DNA of 64,000 nucleotides, taken from positions 18,559 to 82,558 of the forward strand of contig CAZAKN010000003.1 in the NCBI GenBank assembly GCA_964486065.1, read 5' to 3'. The number at the start of each line of letters is the position of its first letter. Positions within the stretch are counted from its first letter, which is position 1. The notes beneath the pieces are model-generated. The model searched no databases. It was given only the letters and a program-made list of their open reading frames with translations, and had not been told where the DNA came from. Below, piece after piece: positions 1 through 7,974 of this stretch. The position numbers and the translations under genes were made by a program. Source of the DNA: an uncultured Gammaproteobacteria bacterium. GTDB taxonomy: Bacteria > Patescibacteriota > Patescibacteriia > UBA11705 > JABHMO01.

Positions 1-472
1 AGGTCGCGCCAAAAGCATTTATTACTTGGGTAATACGGTGAAAGTTTACCGTCAAGCTATTGATTTGATTGAAAATAAAAAAAGATTTGATGAAAAAACT
101 TTGGATAATTTAAAATCCGAATTGGGCAAAGCGCAAAATCGTGGCTTTACCACGGGTTTTTTATTCGGCAAAGAGCAATGCGAACAGCTTGATGATAAAA
201 GTCATGAAAATTGTGAATGGGAATTTTGCGGAGAAGTTATTTCTCACAAGAATAAAATGTTGAAAATAAAAGTGCATAATCAGATATATTTGAAGGATCA
301 TTTGGAGATGATTCCGCCGAGCGGAGATAATTTAGATTATAAAGTCAAAACCATGTATAATGAAAATATGGAAGCAATTGAAGAAGCGCATGGCGGACAA
401 GGCGGATTTGTGTATTTGCCCATGGACTATGAATTGCCGGAGATGACTTTGGTCAGAAGGCGGGCGTCCTGA
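1..472 (+). CDS. hypothetical protein, C-terminal fragment (ORF open to the window start)
   Basis: Reading frame has no stop back to position 1. The track's TTG start at 26 is probably internal. No family recognised. Confidence 0.4.
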   Translation, partial: GRAKSIYYLGNTVKVYRQAIDLIENKKRFDEKTLDNLKSELGKAQNRGFTTGFLFGKEQCEQLDDKSHENCEWEFCGEVISHKNKMLKIKVHNQIYLKDHLEMIPPSGDNLDYKVKTMYNENMEAIEEAHGGQGGFVYLPMDYELPEMTLVRRRAS

Positions 473-512
473 ATTTAGGTTTTCATTACATTCATTCGTA
501 AACAAAATAATT

Positions 513-1088
513 ATGATCGCTTATTTAAAAGGAGAAATCATTAAAAAACAAGAAACATATTTAATCGTGGAAACCGGAGGCATCGGTTATAAAGTTTTTG
601 TTACGACTGAAATCGTGTCGCAAGCTGAGGAAGGCGAAATAATAGAGCTGTATATTCATCAGCAAGTAAAAGAAGATGTTTTGGATTTATACGGATTTGT
701 GAAATGGTCGCAATTGGAATTGTTTAAACTTCTTATTTCCATTTCCGGAGTGGGACCGAAAACAGCTCTGGGTGTTTTCGCGGCCGCGGATATTAATGAT
801 ATCAGATCCGCCATTTTAAATGAGGATGCCACCATTTTGAAAAGTGTTTCTGGTATCGGCGCTAAAACCGCGGAAAGAATCGTGCTTGAATTGAAAAATA
901 AGATTAGCGGTTTGGTTGGCGTGGATGGCATCAAGAGCAAAGATCAAATGACGGCCGATACGGACGCGGTGGAAGCTTTGACCGCTTTGGGATTTTCCGT
1001 GTCTCAAGCCAGAGAGGCTTTGAAAAAAGTTGATAATAAATTAAACGCTTCAGATAAGGTTAAAGAGGCTTTAAAGTTACTTCGTTAA
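513..1088 (+). CDS. ruvA: Holliday junction DNA helicase RuvA
   Basis: MIAYLKGEI...GIGYKVFV N-terminal OB fold, two HhH motifs (GVGPKTA, GIGAKTAERIV), C-terminal domain III. Confidence 0.9.
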   Translation: MIAYLKGEIIKKQETYLIVETGGIGYKVFVTTEIVSQAEEGEIIELYIHQQVKEDVLDLYGFVKWSQLELFKLLISISGVGPKTALGVFAAADINDIRSAILNEDATILKSVSGIGAKTAERIVLELKNKISGLVGVDGIKSKDQMTADTDAVEALTALGFSVSQAREALKKVDNKLNASDKVKEALKLLR

Positions 1089-2126
1089 ATGTTTACTTTT
1101 ATGCAGATAAAATACGCCAACAATCATGATGAAAAAATTTGGCAAGAGTTCGTAAAAATCAATTCCGCGGGCTCATTTTTGCAAGCTTGGGAATGGGGAG
1201 CGTTCGTTGAAAAAAATAATGATAGAATTTGGCGCATCATGGTTTGGGATGAGGAAGAATTGTTGGCGGTGGTTTTGATTTACAAGTCGCGATTGAAAAT
1301 CAAGCAAAATATGCTTTACGCTCCGCGTGGTCCTGTTTTAAAAGATAATCTTGATAGTCAAAAAACAAATGAAGTTTGGCGAGTTTTGCTGGAAGAATTT
1401 GATAAATTGGCGCGACAAAACGGTTCCATGGTTTTGCAATTTGATCCGCCCGAAACGGATCGTCAAAAATATGTTTTACCGTTACTTGATCGGGCCGGAT
1501 ATGTTAAAAGTGAAATGGATGTTCAGCCCGGTCATACTTTAATTTTGGATATTCGCCGAGATGAAGAAGAATTATTAAAACAAATGCACAGTAAAACAAG
1601 ATATAATATTCGTTTGGCCGGCAAAAAAGGAGTGAGCGTGAAAGTTGATAATTCAGCTTATAAAGAATTTCATGAATTGATGAAAAAAACCAATTCGCGT
1701 CATGAAATCAGTTCTTTCGCCGCTTCATATTATAAAAAATTATTGAAAATACCTTTTGTAAAACTATACTTGGCGGAAGCGGACGGTCGCATTGTCGCTG
1801 CCAATATCATGATTTTTTGGAATCATACCGCCGTATATTTATTCGGCGCGTCGGATTATGAGTATCGCAGTTTGATGGCGCCGTATTTATTGCAATGGCA
1901 AGCGATCAAAGACGCCAAAAGACAAAATATTTGGTTTTACGATTTTTGGGGAGCCGCGCCGAAAGATGCCAAAGGCAGAGAAACCAAATGGTCCGGCTTC
2001 ACCAGATTCAAGATGGGCTTTTCGCCACAAGCGGAAATTACGGAATATTTGGGCACTTATGAAAAAGCATATGCTCCGGTGAAATTGGGAGTTTACAGAT
2101 TTTTACAAAAAGTTTATAAAAGATAG
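1089..2126 (+). CDS. FemAB-family aminoacyl-tRNA-dependent peptidyltransferase (peptidoglycan bridge formation-like)
   Basis: FemAB signature blocks (LYAPRGPV, FDPPETD, YDFWGA). Start immediately follows the ruvA stop. Confidence 0.65.
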   Translation: MFTFMQIKYANNHDEKIWQEFVKINSAGSFLQAWEWGAFVEKNNDRIWRIMVWDEEELLAVVLIYKSRLKIKQNMLYAPRGPVLKDNLDSQKTNEVWRVLLEEFDKLARQNGSMVLQFDPPETDRQKYVLPLLDRAGYVKSEMDVQPGHTLILDIRRDEEELLKQMHSKTRYNIRLAGKKGVSVKVDNSAYKEFHELMKKTNSRHEISSFAASYYKKLLKIPFVKLYLAEADGRIVAANIMIFWNHTAVYLFGASDYEYRSLMAPYLLQWQAIKDAKRQNIWFYDFWGAAPKDAKGRETKWSGFTRFKMGFSPQAEITEYLGTYEKAYAPVKLGVYRFLQKVYKR

Positions 2127-2147
2127 TTTTATAATATTATAAAAAAA

Positions 2148-2172
2148 CACGGGTCGCATAGCGACCCGTTTA
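2148..2172. terminator. bidirectional intrinsic terminator hairpin (acgggtcgc-ata-gcgacccgt) with flanking A/T runs
   Basis: Perfect 9-bp stem between convergent genes. Confidence 0.7.
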
Positions 2173-2187
2173 TAATTGTGCTTTTCC

Positions 2188-2448
2188 TCATTCTCTTTTG
2201 GTGGTTTCTTCCGGCCAGTTTTCAAAAAGTTTTTCGTGTTGGCCGGTGGAAACCAGGGCAAAGGTTCTCAGTAAATGTAATCCTTCTTTGGTTTTTGCCC
2301 AGGCTTGTTTGATAAGCTTTCTTTTTTTGCCTCTTGACTTGAATTCCTTCTGCAAAATTGTCATGTGACCCCCTTTTTTTTTTGCGTGACAATGAAAGCA
2401 CCTTGGAAAAGCACTATTAATTTTATAAATTAAGGATAGCTTTGTCAA
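2188..2448 (-). CDS. small basic hypothetical protein
   Basis: ORF only; K/R-rich; possibly starts at the internal Met (MTILQKEF). Confidence 0.3.
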   Translation of the reverse strand: MTKLSLIYKINSAFPRCFHCHAKKKGGHMTILQKEFKSRGKKRKLIKQAWAKTKEGLHLLRTFALVSTGQHEKLFENWPEETTKRE

Positions 2449-2469
2449 GTTGTAAATTGCTTTCTATTC

Positions 2470-2498
2470 TTGATAAAAGTTTTAAATTTTGCTATTAT
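2470..2498 (+). promoter_or_regulatory. sigma70-like promoter TTGATA-17-TATTAT upstream of the ATP-grasp gene
   Basis: Hexamers and 17-nt spacer read directly in the sequence. Confidence 0.45.
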
Positions 2499-2596
2499 TT
2501 GCTTGTCTTATGCGGAAATTAAGTAAAAATTATAATACTATTCTTGATTTTTCAGCCACATCAAGCGACTTGTATAGGGTTTAATCAAATCCGTAC

Positions 2597-2624
2597 AGGT
2601 CGCCTGAGGCGGCCTTTTTTAATT
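2597..2624 (+). terminator. leader hairpin plus T6 (aggtcgcc-tga-ggcggcct-tttttt) inside the 5' leader of the ATP-grasp gene; candidate attenuator/riboswitch terminator
   Basis: 8-bp stem (one G-U pair) followed by TTTTTT. Lies between the predicted promoter and the SD-supported ATG at 2664. Confidence 0.45.
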
Positions 2625-2663
2625 TCCTGGCGTAAGTTGTTTCACATCAAAGGGAGGTGGCAG

Positions 2664-3803
2664 ATGTCTTTGCCGGTTGGTCGTATTGTTAACCATAATG
2701 TCGTGCAAGCTGTGGGAGGAGTTATGAGCAGATATTTGAATCATGATTTGGCGGATTGTTTGCCGGAACATGAGCTGGCTATGATTTTGGGTCTGGCCAA
2801 ATATTCTTCGCGCGCTTTGTGCATTACCGAGCCGGAAGATATTATTCAACTGGATCCGGTTTTGCGTGATCAAGTTGATAGTATTACGGCTCATTATCGT
2901 CGCGTGGGTTTACAATGTACGGATCAGATAATTTGGAGCGATGAATTCGCCAAAGCGAAAGATTATCCGGAACGGGAACTGTCGGTATTTTTTTTCGGTA
3001 GTCGCGCTCATCAAGCCAGACCCGATCAAGGTTGGTTTGACACGGCCGAGCGGATGAATCATAAAAACGAATTTATCCGTCTTTGCCATGAAATGAACAT
3101 ACTGGTGCCGGAAACACAATGTTTTGATTGCAAAAGTCGGATCAAAGACTTGAGGGAGTTAAAATATCCGCTTCGTTTCAAGCTGTCTTTCTCGGTTTCC
3201 GGTTTGGGAATTTCTTTGTGTAAAAACGATACTGATTTGGGTAAATGTTTGGAAGAAATCCCCGAGGGGGTGGCGTTCCAGGTTCAAGAAGAATTGCCGG
3301 CAAGTACGGTTTGGCTCAATGTGCAATATCAAGGTAACGGTAGAGCCAAAAGGTTACTCTTGACGGAGCAGGTCTTGGACGGTAATTCCCATGCCGGTAA
3401 CAAGCATCCGAGTGATTATGGCAATATTTGGAACTTGACCGATCCCTTGGCTGAGCGTTTGACCGGCCAAGGACTGAAAGGCGTGTTTGCTTTTGATGTG
3501 GCGGTTTGCCATGACCGCAAATTGTTGATTGAATGTAATCCCCGTTTCAACGGTAGCACTTATCCCACCGTGATTTCCACGCGGCTCAATATCCCGCAAT
3601 GGATTTCCAAAAATTTCATGACTAAATATCGTAGTATCGCAGAATTGCCGATTGAAGAGCTGGAGTATCGGCCGGAAGCTAAAAAAGGCGTGATTGTTTT
3701 TAACTGGGGCTCGGTGGATGAAGGTAAGCTTGGGATTATGTTGTGCGGTAATCAAGATGATCAGCTTTATTTGGAAAAAGCTTTGAAAACCATCCTTTCC
3801 TGA
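2664..3803 (+). CDS. ATP-grasp domain ligase (unknown substrate)
   Basis: ATP-grasp catalytic E-x-N-x-R motif (ECNPRFNGST). Start chosen at the ATG preceded by GGGAGGTG at 6-nt spacing; the track's 2544 start is TTG and would run through the leader hairpin. Confidence 0.6.
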   Translation: MSLPVGRIVNHNVVQAVGGVMSRYLNHDLADCLPEHELAMILGLAKYSSRALCITEPEDIIQLDPVLRDQVDSITAHYRRVGLQCTDQIIWSDEFAKAKDYPERELSVFFFGSRAHQARPDQGWFDTAERMNHKNEFIRLCHEMNILVPETQCFDCKSRIKDLRELKYPLRFKLSFSVSGLGISLCKNDTDLGKCLEEIPEGVAFQVQEELPASTVWLNVQYQGNGRAKRLLLTEQVLDGNSHAGNKHPSDYGNIWNLTDPLAERLTGQGLKGVFAFDVAVCHDRKLLIECNPRFNGSTYPTVISTRLNIPQWISKNFMTKYRSIAELPIEELEYRPEAKKGVIVFNWGSVDEGKLGIMLCGNQDDQLYLEKALKTILS

Positions 3804-3857
3804 GAGCATCAGAGTGCGAGCGAACATTTTCGTTTGCGCTCTTTTTAAAAAAGCATT

Positions 3858-4985
3858 ATGTTTATATATATGAAAGAAACTTTATCCTTGATTGAAAAAA
3901 TCGTAAATATTCCCACGCCGAGCGGTGATCGCGAGGCGTTTTTACATTGTGTTGATGAATTGAAAAAATATTTGGGTAAAGGATTTTTTTATCATGAAAT
4001 TGAATCCGAGGGTTTTACTTCTTTGCTGTTCACGCAACAAAAAGATTTAAAAAAATTTGATATTTTATTATACGCACATTTGGATGTGGTGATGCCCGAG
4101 GATGGACCCATTGCTTTTTCATCAAATGAAGATTTGCTTCACGGTAGTGGAGTGGCGGATATGAAAAGTTACGCGGTCGCTTTGGCGCGGATATTGAAGA
4201 ATGAGCGATTTGTTAATTTGAAAATAGGTTTGGTTTTGGTGCCGGATGAAGAAATTGGCGGAGCCAACGGATTGAAGCAAGTTTTGCGTAACGGTTACAC
4301 CGCGGATTTGGCGATTGTTCCCGACGCGGGGATGGGGAAAAGCATTGTGGTTAAGGAAAAAGGTATTTTCATGTTTAAACTTTCCGTTGAAACGAAAGGT
4401 GGCCATGGTTCGCGTCCTTGGGAGTGTGAGAACGCGGCTTTGAAGTTAATTGAAACATATCAAGAAATGATTCGCGATTTGCAAATTGAAAACGAAAAAG
4501 AAAATGATGGGATGACTTTGAATTTGTTTAAAATTCAAGCCGGAGAAAAAATCAATCAAGCCCCCGCGGCAGCGGAAATCAATCTGGATTGTCGTTATGG
4601 AGAAACGGAGCAAAAAAATCGTTTGATAAAATATTTGGAAAAGTTGCGTGAAGAAAAAAATATTGAGTTTCAAGAAATCATAAGTGGGGATTTGTTTAAA
4701 ATCAAAGAGGATAATCAATTTTTAGCGGAATTTAAAAAAGTATTTGAACGGCATTACAATCAAAAGATTCCATTGACATGGTATCCGGCCGGATCTGACG
4801 CGCGGTATTTGGCGACGGTGGGAATTCCGGTGATCATGTTCCAAGCTCGCGGTGGAGGTTATCATTCCCGTGAAGAGTGGCTCAATTGGCCTGAGTTGCT
4901 GAAATTCACCCAAGGTTTACAAAAATATTTAAAAAAACTGGATGAAGAGTATCAAAAATATTTCAATAAAAAAACAAGCTCTTAA
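3858..4985 (+). CDS. M20-family metallopeptidase/deacylase (ArgE/DapE-like)
   Basis: M20 motifs AHLDVV (H-x-D), GVADMKS, DEEIGG. Confidence 0.75.
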   Translation: MFIYMKETLSLIEKIVNIPTPSGDREAFLHCVDELKKYLGKGFFYHEIESEGFTSLLFTQQKDLKKFDILLYAHLDVVMPEDGPIAFSSNEDLLHGSGVADMKSYAVALARILKNERFVNLKIGLVLVPDEEIGGANGLKQVLRNGYTADLAIVPDAGMGKSIVVKEKGIFMFKLSVETKGGHGSRPWECENAALKLIETYQEMIRDLQIENEKENDGMTLNLFKIQAGEKINQAPAAAEINLDCRYGETEQKNRLIKYLEKLREEKNIEFQEIISGDLFKIKEDNQFLAEFKKVFERHYNQKIPLTWYPAGSDARYLATVGIPVIMFQARGGGYHSREEWLNWPELLKFTQGLQKYLKKLDEEYQKYFNKKTSS

Positions 4986-5159
4986 AACAAGCTTGCTTTT
5001 TAACGGCCGAAGGAGAAATAAACCATCAGAAAGATGATAAAACCTTGTAACACGATTCCGTGCCAGAGGAATTGTTTTTTGCAAATGGTCCATCTGTTTT
5101 CATCCAGCCAGGCGAATAGTTTTCCCATATTCTTCACTATTTTGATTATCATTTATTAA

Positions 5160-5192
5160 AAAATATGACTTCAAGTCATATTTTATTTTTTT
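5160..5192. terminator. palindromic hairpin (aaatatgac-ttca-agtcatattt) with T-run, downstream of the trmH-like gene
   Basis: Perfect inverted repeat plus T-run. Confidence 0.5.
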
Positions 5193-5252
5193 AGTACAAG
5201 CTCAAAAGTAAATTTGAGCAATGTCACATTTTAGTATAATTTTTCTTTTATG

Positions 5253-5939
5253 TCAAGTGTTTTGGCTGAATAAATACATGAAAATAGCTAAAGAATTGCC
5301 TACATTTAGCGATTCTAGCCGTTTGTTATGCGGAATGGATATTGATTGTCCGGCAAGTTTTAAATTGATGCCTTGCCCCTCCGAGCCGGCGATTAAGAAT
5401 ATTTTTTCCGGTAAGTTTAAATCAATATTCAGCACTTGCGCGTCAGGTCTTTTTTCCAGGCGAAACAATGGTCTTTGTTCTTGTTTTATCAATTCTTTCA
5501 GTTCCGCGGCGGATACGATTTTTTGCGGGACTTGAAAGTATGCTCCGGCCGCGGAACGCAATACTTTGGGATTGCTCGGGTCGGCGCATTCGTGCAGAAG
5601 TAAGCTCGCGGAAAAACCTTGCGCCAATCGCAAAATATTTCCCAAATTGCCCGGATCCTGTACATGATCCAAGATCACTACCAAATTTTTTTGTAAAACT
5701 TGTGCAATTCGCCATATGGGCTGTTCGGCTACGGCGGCGATTTTTTGCGGAGTTTGCGTGGTAACCAATTTATTGAAAGCATGGCTGTCTTTTTCCGTAA
5801 AGGTGAACTTTAAATACTTTTTTGCCGGTTGTAAAAATTTTTCGCCTTCAAGTAAGCATAGACCGCTTTTGATTCGGCCTTTTTTACTGTGTAATGATTT
5901 GATTAATTTTTCTTGAGCTTTGCTTAGCATATAAAACAA
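5253..5939 (-). CDS. TrmH/SpoU-family RNA 2'-O-methyltransferase
   Basis: SpoU motifs (LDHVQDPGNLGNILR, LIAGSEGQG, GNSLAIFMY). Confidence 0.8.
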   Translation of the reverse strand: MFYMLSKAQEKLIKSLHSKKGRIKSGLCLLEGEKFLQPAKKYLKFTFTEKDSHAFNKLVTTQTPQKIAAVAEQPIWRIAQVLQKNLVVILDHVQDPGNLGNILRLAQGFSASLLLHECADPSNPKVLRSAAGAYFQVPQKIVSAAELKELIKQEQRPLFRLEKRPDAQVLNIDLNLPEKIFLIAGSEGQGINLKLAGQSISIPHNKRLESLNVGNSLAIFMYLFSQNT

Positions 5940-5992
5940 TCTTAAAGATTAAAGTTAGTTAAGTCAATGCATATATTATATAATATTATTAT

Positions 5993-7465
5993 ATGAAGAT
6001 GAAGAAATCAGCTCAATTTTTTTATGCTTGCTTGAGTTTTTTGCTGGGCGTATCCTTGGGGGAAATTATTGATTTGCCGAATGTTTGGTTTTACGCGATT
6101 GTGGCAATTTTTATCAATGTTTTGTTTTTTAAAAGCGGAAAGACTTGGCATTTCCGTTTGAAATATTTTCTATTGATTTTGCTCGTTGCTTACGCCGGAG
6201 TTTTGCTTCGTGATAAAGCGGATCCGCAAATCAATGAAACTCACATTGCTTCACTTAACGAACAAAAGGTGGAATTTATGGCAATTATTTCAGCGGAGCC
6301 GGATCGTCGTTTGGATAAAATGAAATTGACCGTGGCTCCGCTTGATTATGATGGTTTGGTTTTATTGAATACTTCGCTGTATCCCGAGTTTGAATATGGT
6401 GAGAAGATTTCCGTGCAATGCCGGCTGCAAGCCCCTGAACCCATTGAAGATTTCAGTTATGACAAGTATTTGGCGAGATATGGAATATATTCGGTTTGTT
6501 ATCGTCCGTATATCAAGAAGATTGATCAAGGTTTCGGCAATCCGCTTATGGCGGGAATTTTCAAATTTAAAAAAGACATGGAAAGCAAAATTAATCGTAC
6601 GGTGGCCGAACCGCAAGCGGCTCTGACTGCGGGGATTTTAATCGGTTCGCGACAGGGGATGCCGGAGTACTTGAATCAGCAATTTAATCATACGGGCATT
6701 ACGCATATTATCGCGATTTCCGGATTCAATATTACCATTATTATCGTGATTTTAATGAATACGGGGACAGCGTTACGAATAAATCGTAAAAAAATGATTT
6801 GGTTGATTGCTTTGGGGTTGATATTTTTTGTGATTTTGACCGGCGCCAGTGCTTCGGTGGTAAGGGCGGCGATTATGGGTTTTATCGTGGCTTTGGCCAA
6901 ACATCTCGGTCGTACCGGAAATGTGCGAAATGTGTTGATTTTATCCGCTGTGATTATGACGACGGTAAATCCAAAAATTTTAGTTTGGGATGCCGGATTC
7001 CAATTATCATTCATTTCCACGATCGGTTTGATTTATTTTTCTCCCATATTGATGAAAGTCGGCAAATGGTTGCCGGAAACATTCGGTTTGAGAGAAAACA
7101 CCGTTTCTACCCTGAGTGCGATAATTTTCACTTTGCCTTTTATTTTGTTCCAATTCGGTCGTTTATCCATCGTGGCGCCGATCGTCAATATGTTGGTTTT
7201 GCCGATTATTCCGCTGGCTATGTTGATCGGTTTTTTTCAAGTTTTGTTCGCGTATCTTTGGTTGCCACTCGGAGAAATTATCGGTTGGTTTAGCTGGCTT
7301 TTGCTTGGCTATGTAATTAAAATCGTGGATATATTCGCCAAGTTGTCTTGGGCTTCGGTGGAAATTGAAGTTGAATGGTGGACGGCTTTGCTTATGTATA
7401 TTTTGCTTTTTACGATGATCATTATTTTCATAAATAAAAAAGCGACTTCCGGTAAAGTCGCTTAA
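5993..7465 (+). CDS. comEC: ComEC/Rec2 competence channel protein (DUF4131 plus Competence domain only, no MBL domain)
   Basis: Multiple TM helices and the Competence-domain motif GITHIIAISGFNITII. The protein ends before any lactamase domain. Confidence 0.8.
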   Translation: MKMKKSAQFFYACLSFLLGVSLGEIIDLPNVWFYAIVAIFINVLFFKSGKTWHFRLKYFLLILLVAYAGVLLRDKADPQINETHIASLNEQKVEFMAIISAEPDRRLDKMKLTVAPLDYDGLVLLNTSLYPEFEYGEKISVQCRLQAPEPIEDFSYDKYLARYGIYSVCYRPYIKKIDQGFGNPLMAGIFKFKKDMESKINRTVAEPQAALTAGILIGSRQGMPEYLNQQFNHTGITHIIAISGFNITIIIVILMNTGTALRINRKKMIWLIALGLIFFVILTGASASVVRAAIMGFIVALAKHLGRTGNVRNVLILSAVIMTTVNPKILVWDAGFQLSFISTIGLIYFSPILMKVGKWLPETFGLRENTVSTLSAIIFTLPFILFQFGRLSIVAPIVNMLVLPIIPLAMLIGFFQVLFAYLWLPLGEIIGWFSWLLLGYVIKIVDIFAKLSWASVEIEVEWWTALLMYILLFTMIIIFINKKATSGKVA

Positions 7466-7974
7466 AGTATTAGCGTTTAGCCAATCATTCCAAAGCTTTT
7501 TGCATGCCCGGACCGTAAACACCGTCGGCTTGCCCCGGTTTTAAACAGTTGAGTAAAATTAACAGTTTTTGAACGCGTAAAACTTTCTCATTACTAGTGT
7601 TGTAATTCATTTGATAAACATCATCAACTTGTCAAGGTTTATGGGTTACCGTGTATTGGCCGACTGAGCGCAATCTTGTGGCTGTGGTACTGTTCTGCAA
7701 TTTTTTGGTTTTTTTCATTATTTCTTGCAATTTGAGCGACTGAGACACTTCGTCACCAAATTTGCTTTCGTTAAAATAACTTGCTATCAGCATAAAAGGG
7801 AAAATGGAGATGGTTAACCCGATTCCCATTTTATCTTCAGCGGTTAGTTTTGTCATGACAAAAGCCTTTGTTTGGTTTGTGAATGTTCAACATTTAAATA
7901 TATGTTACGAGGCTACTTCTATCAAACGCGAGTATTATGATATAATAATAAAAAGAATAATTAATTTAAAAATT

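Noticed and set aside
2544-2663. TTG start at 2544 for the ATP-grasp ORF.
   Set aside because: It would place a hairpin plus T6 terminator inside the coding sequence and uses a weak TTG with no SD. The ATG at 2664 with GGGAGGTG is far better supported.
4985-5010. Terminator after the M20 peptidase gene (aaaacaagcttgcttttt).
   Set aside because: Only a 4-5 bp palindromic core (caagcttg); too weak to call.
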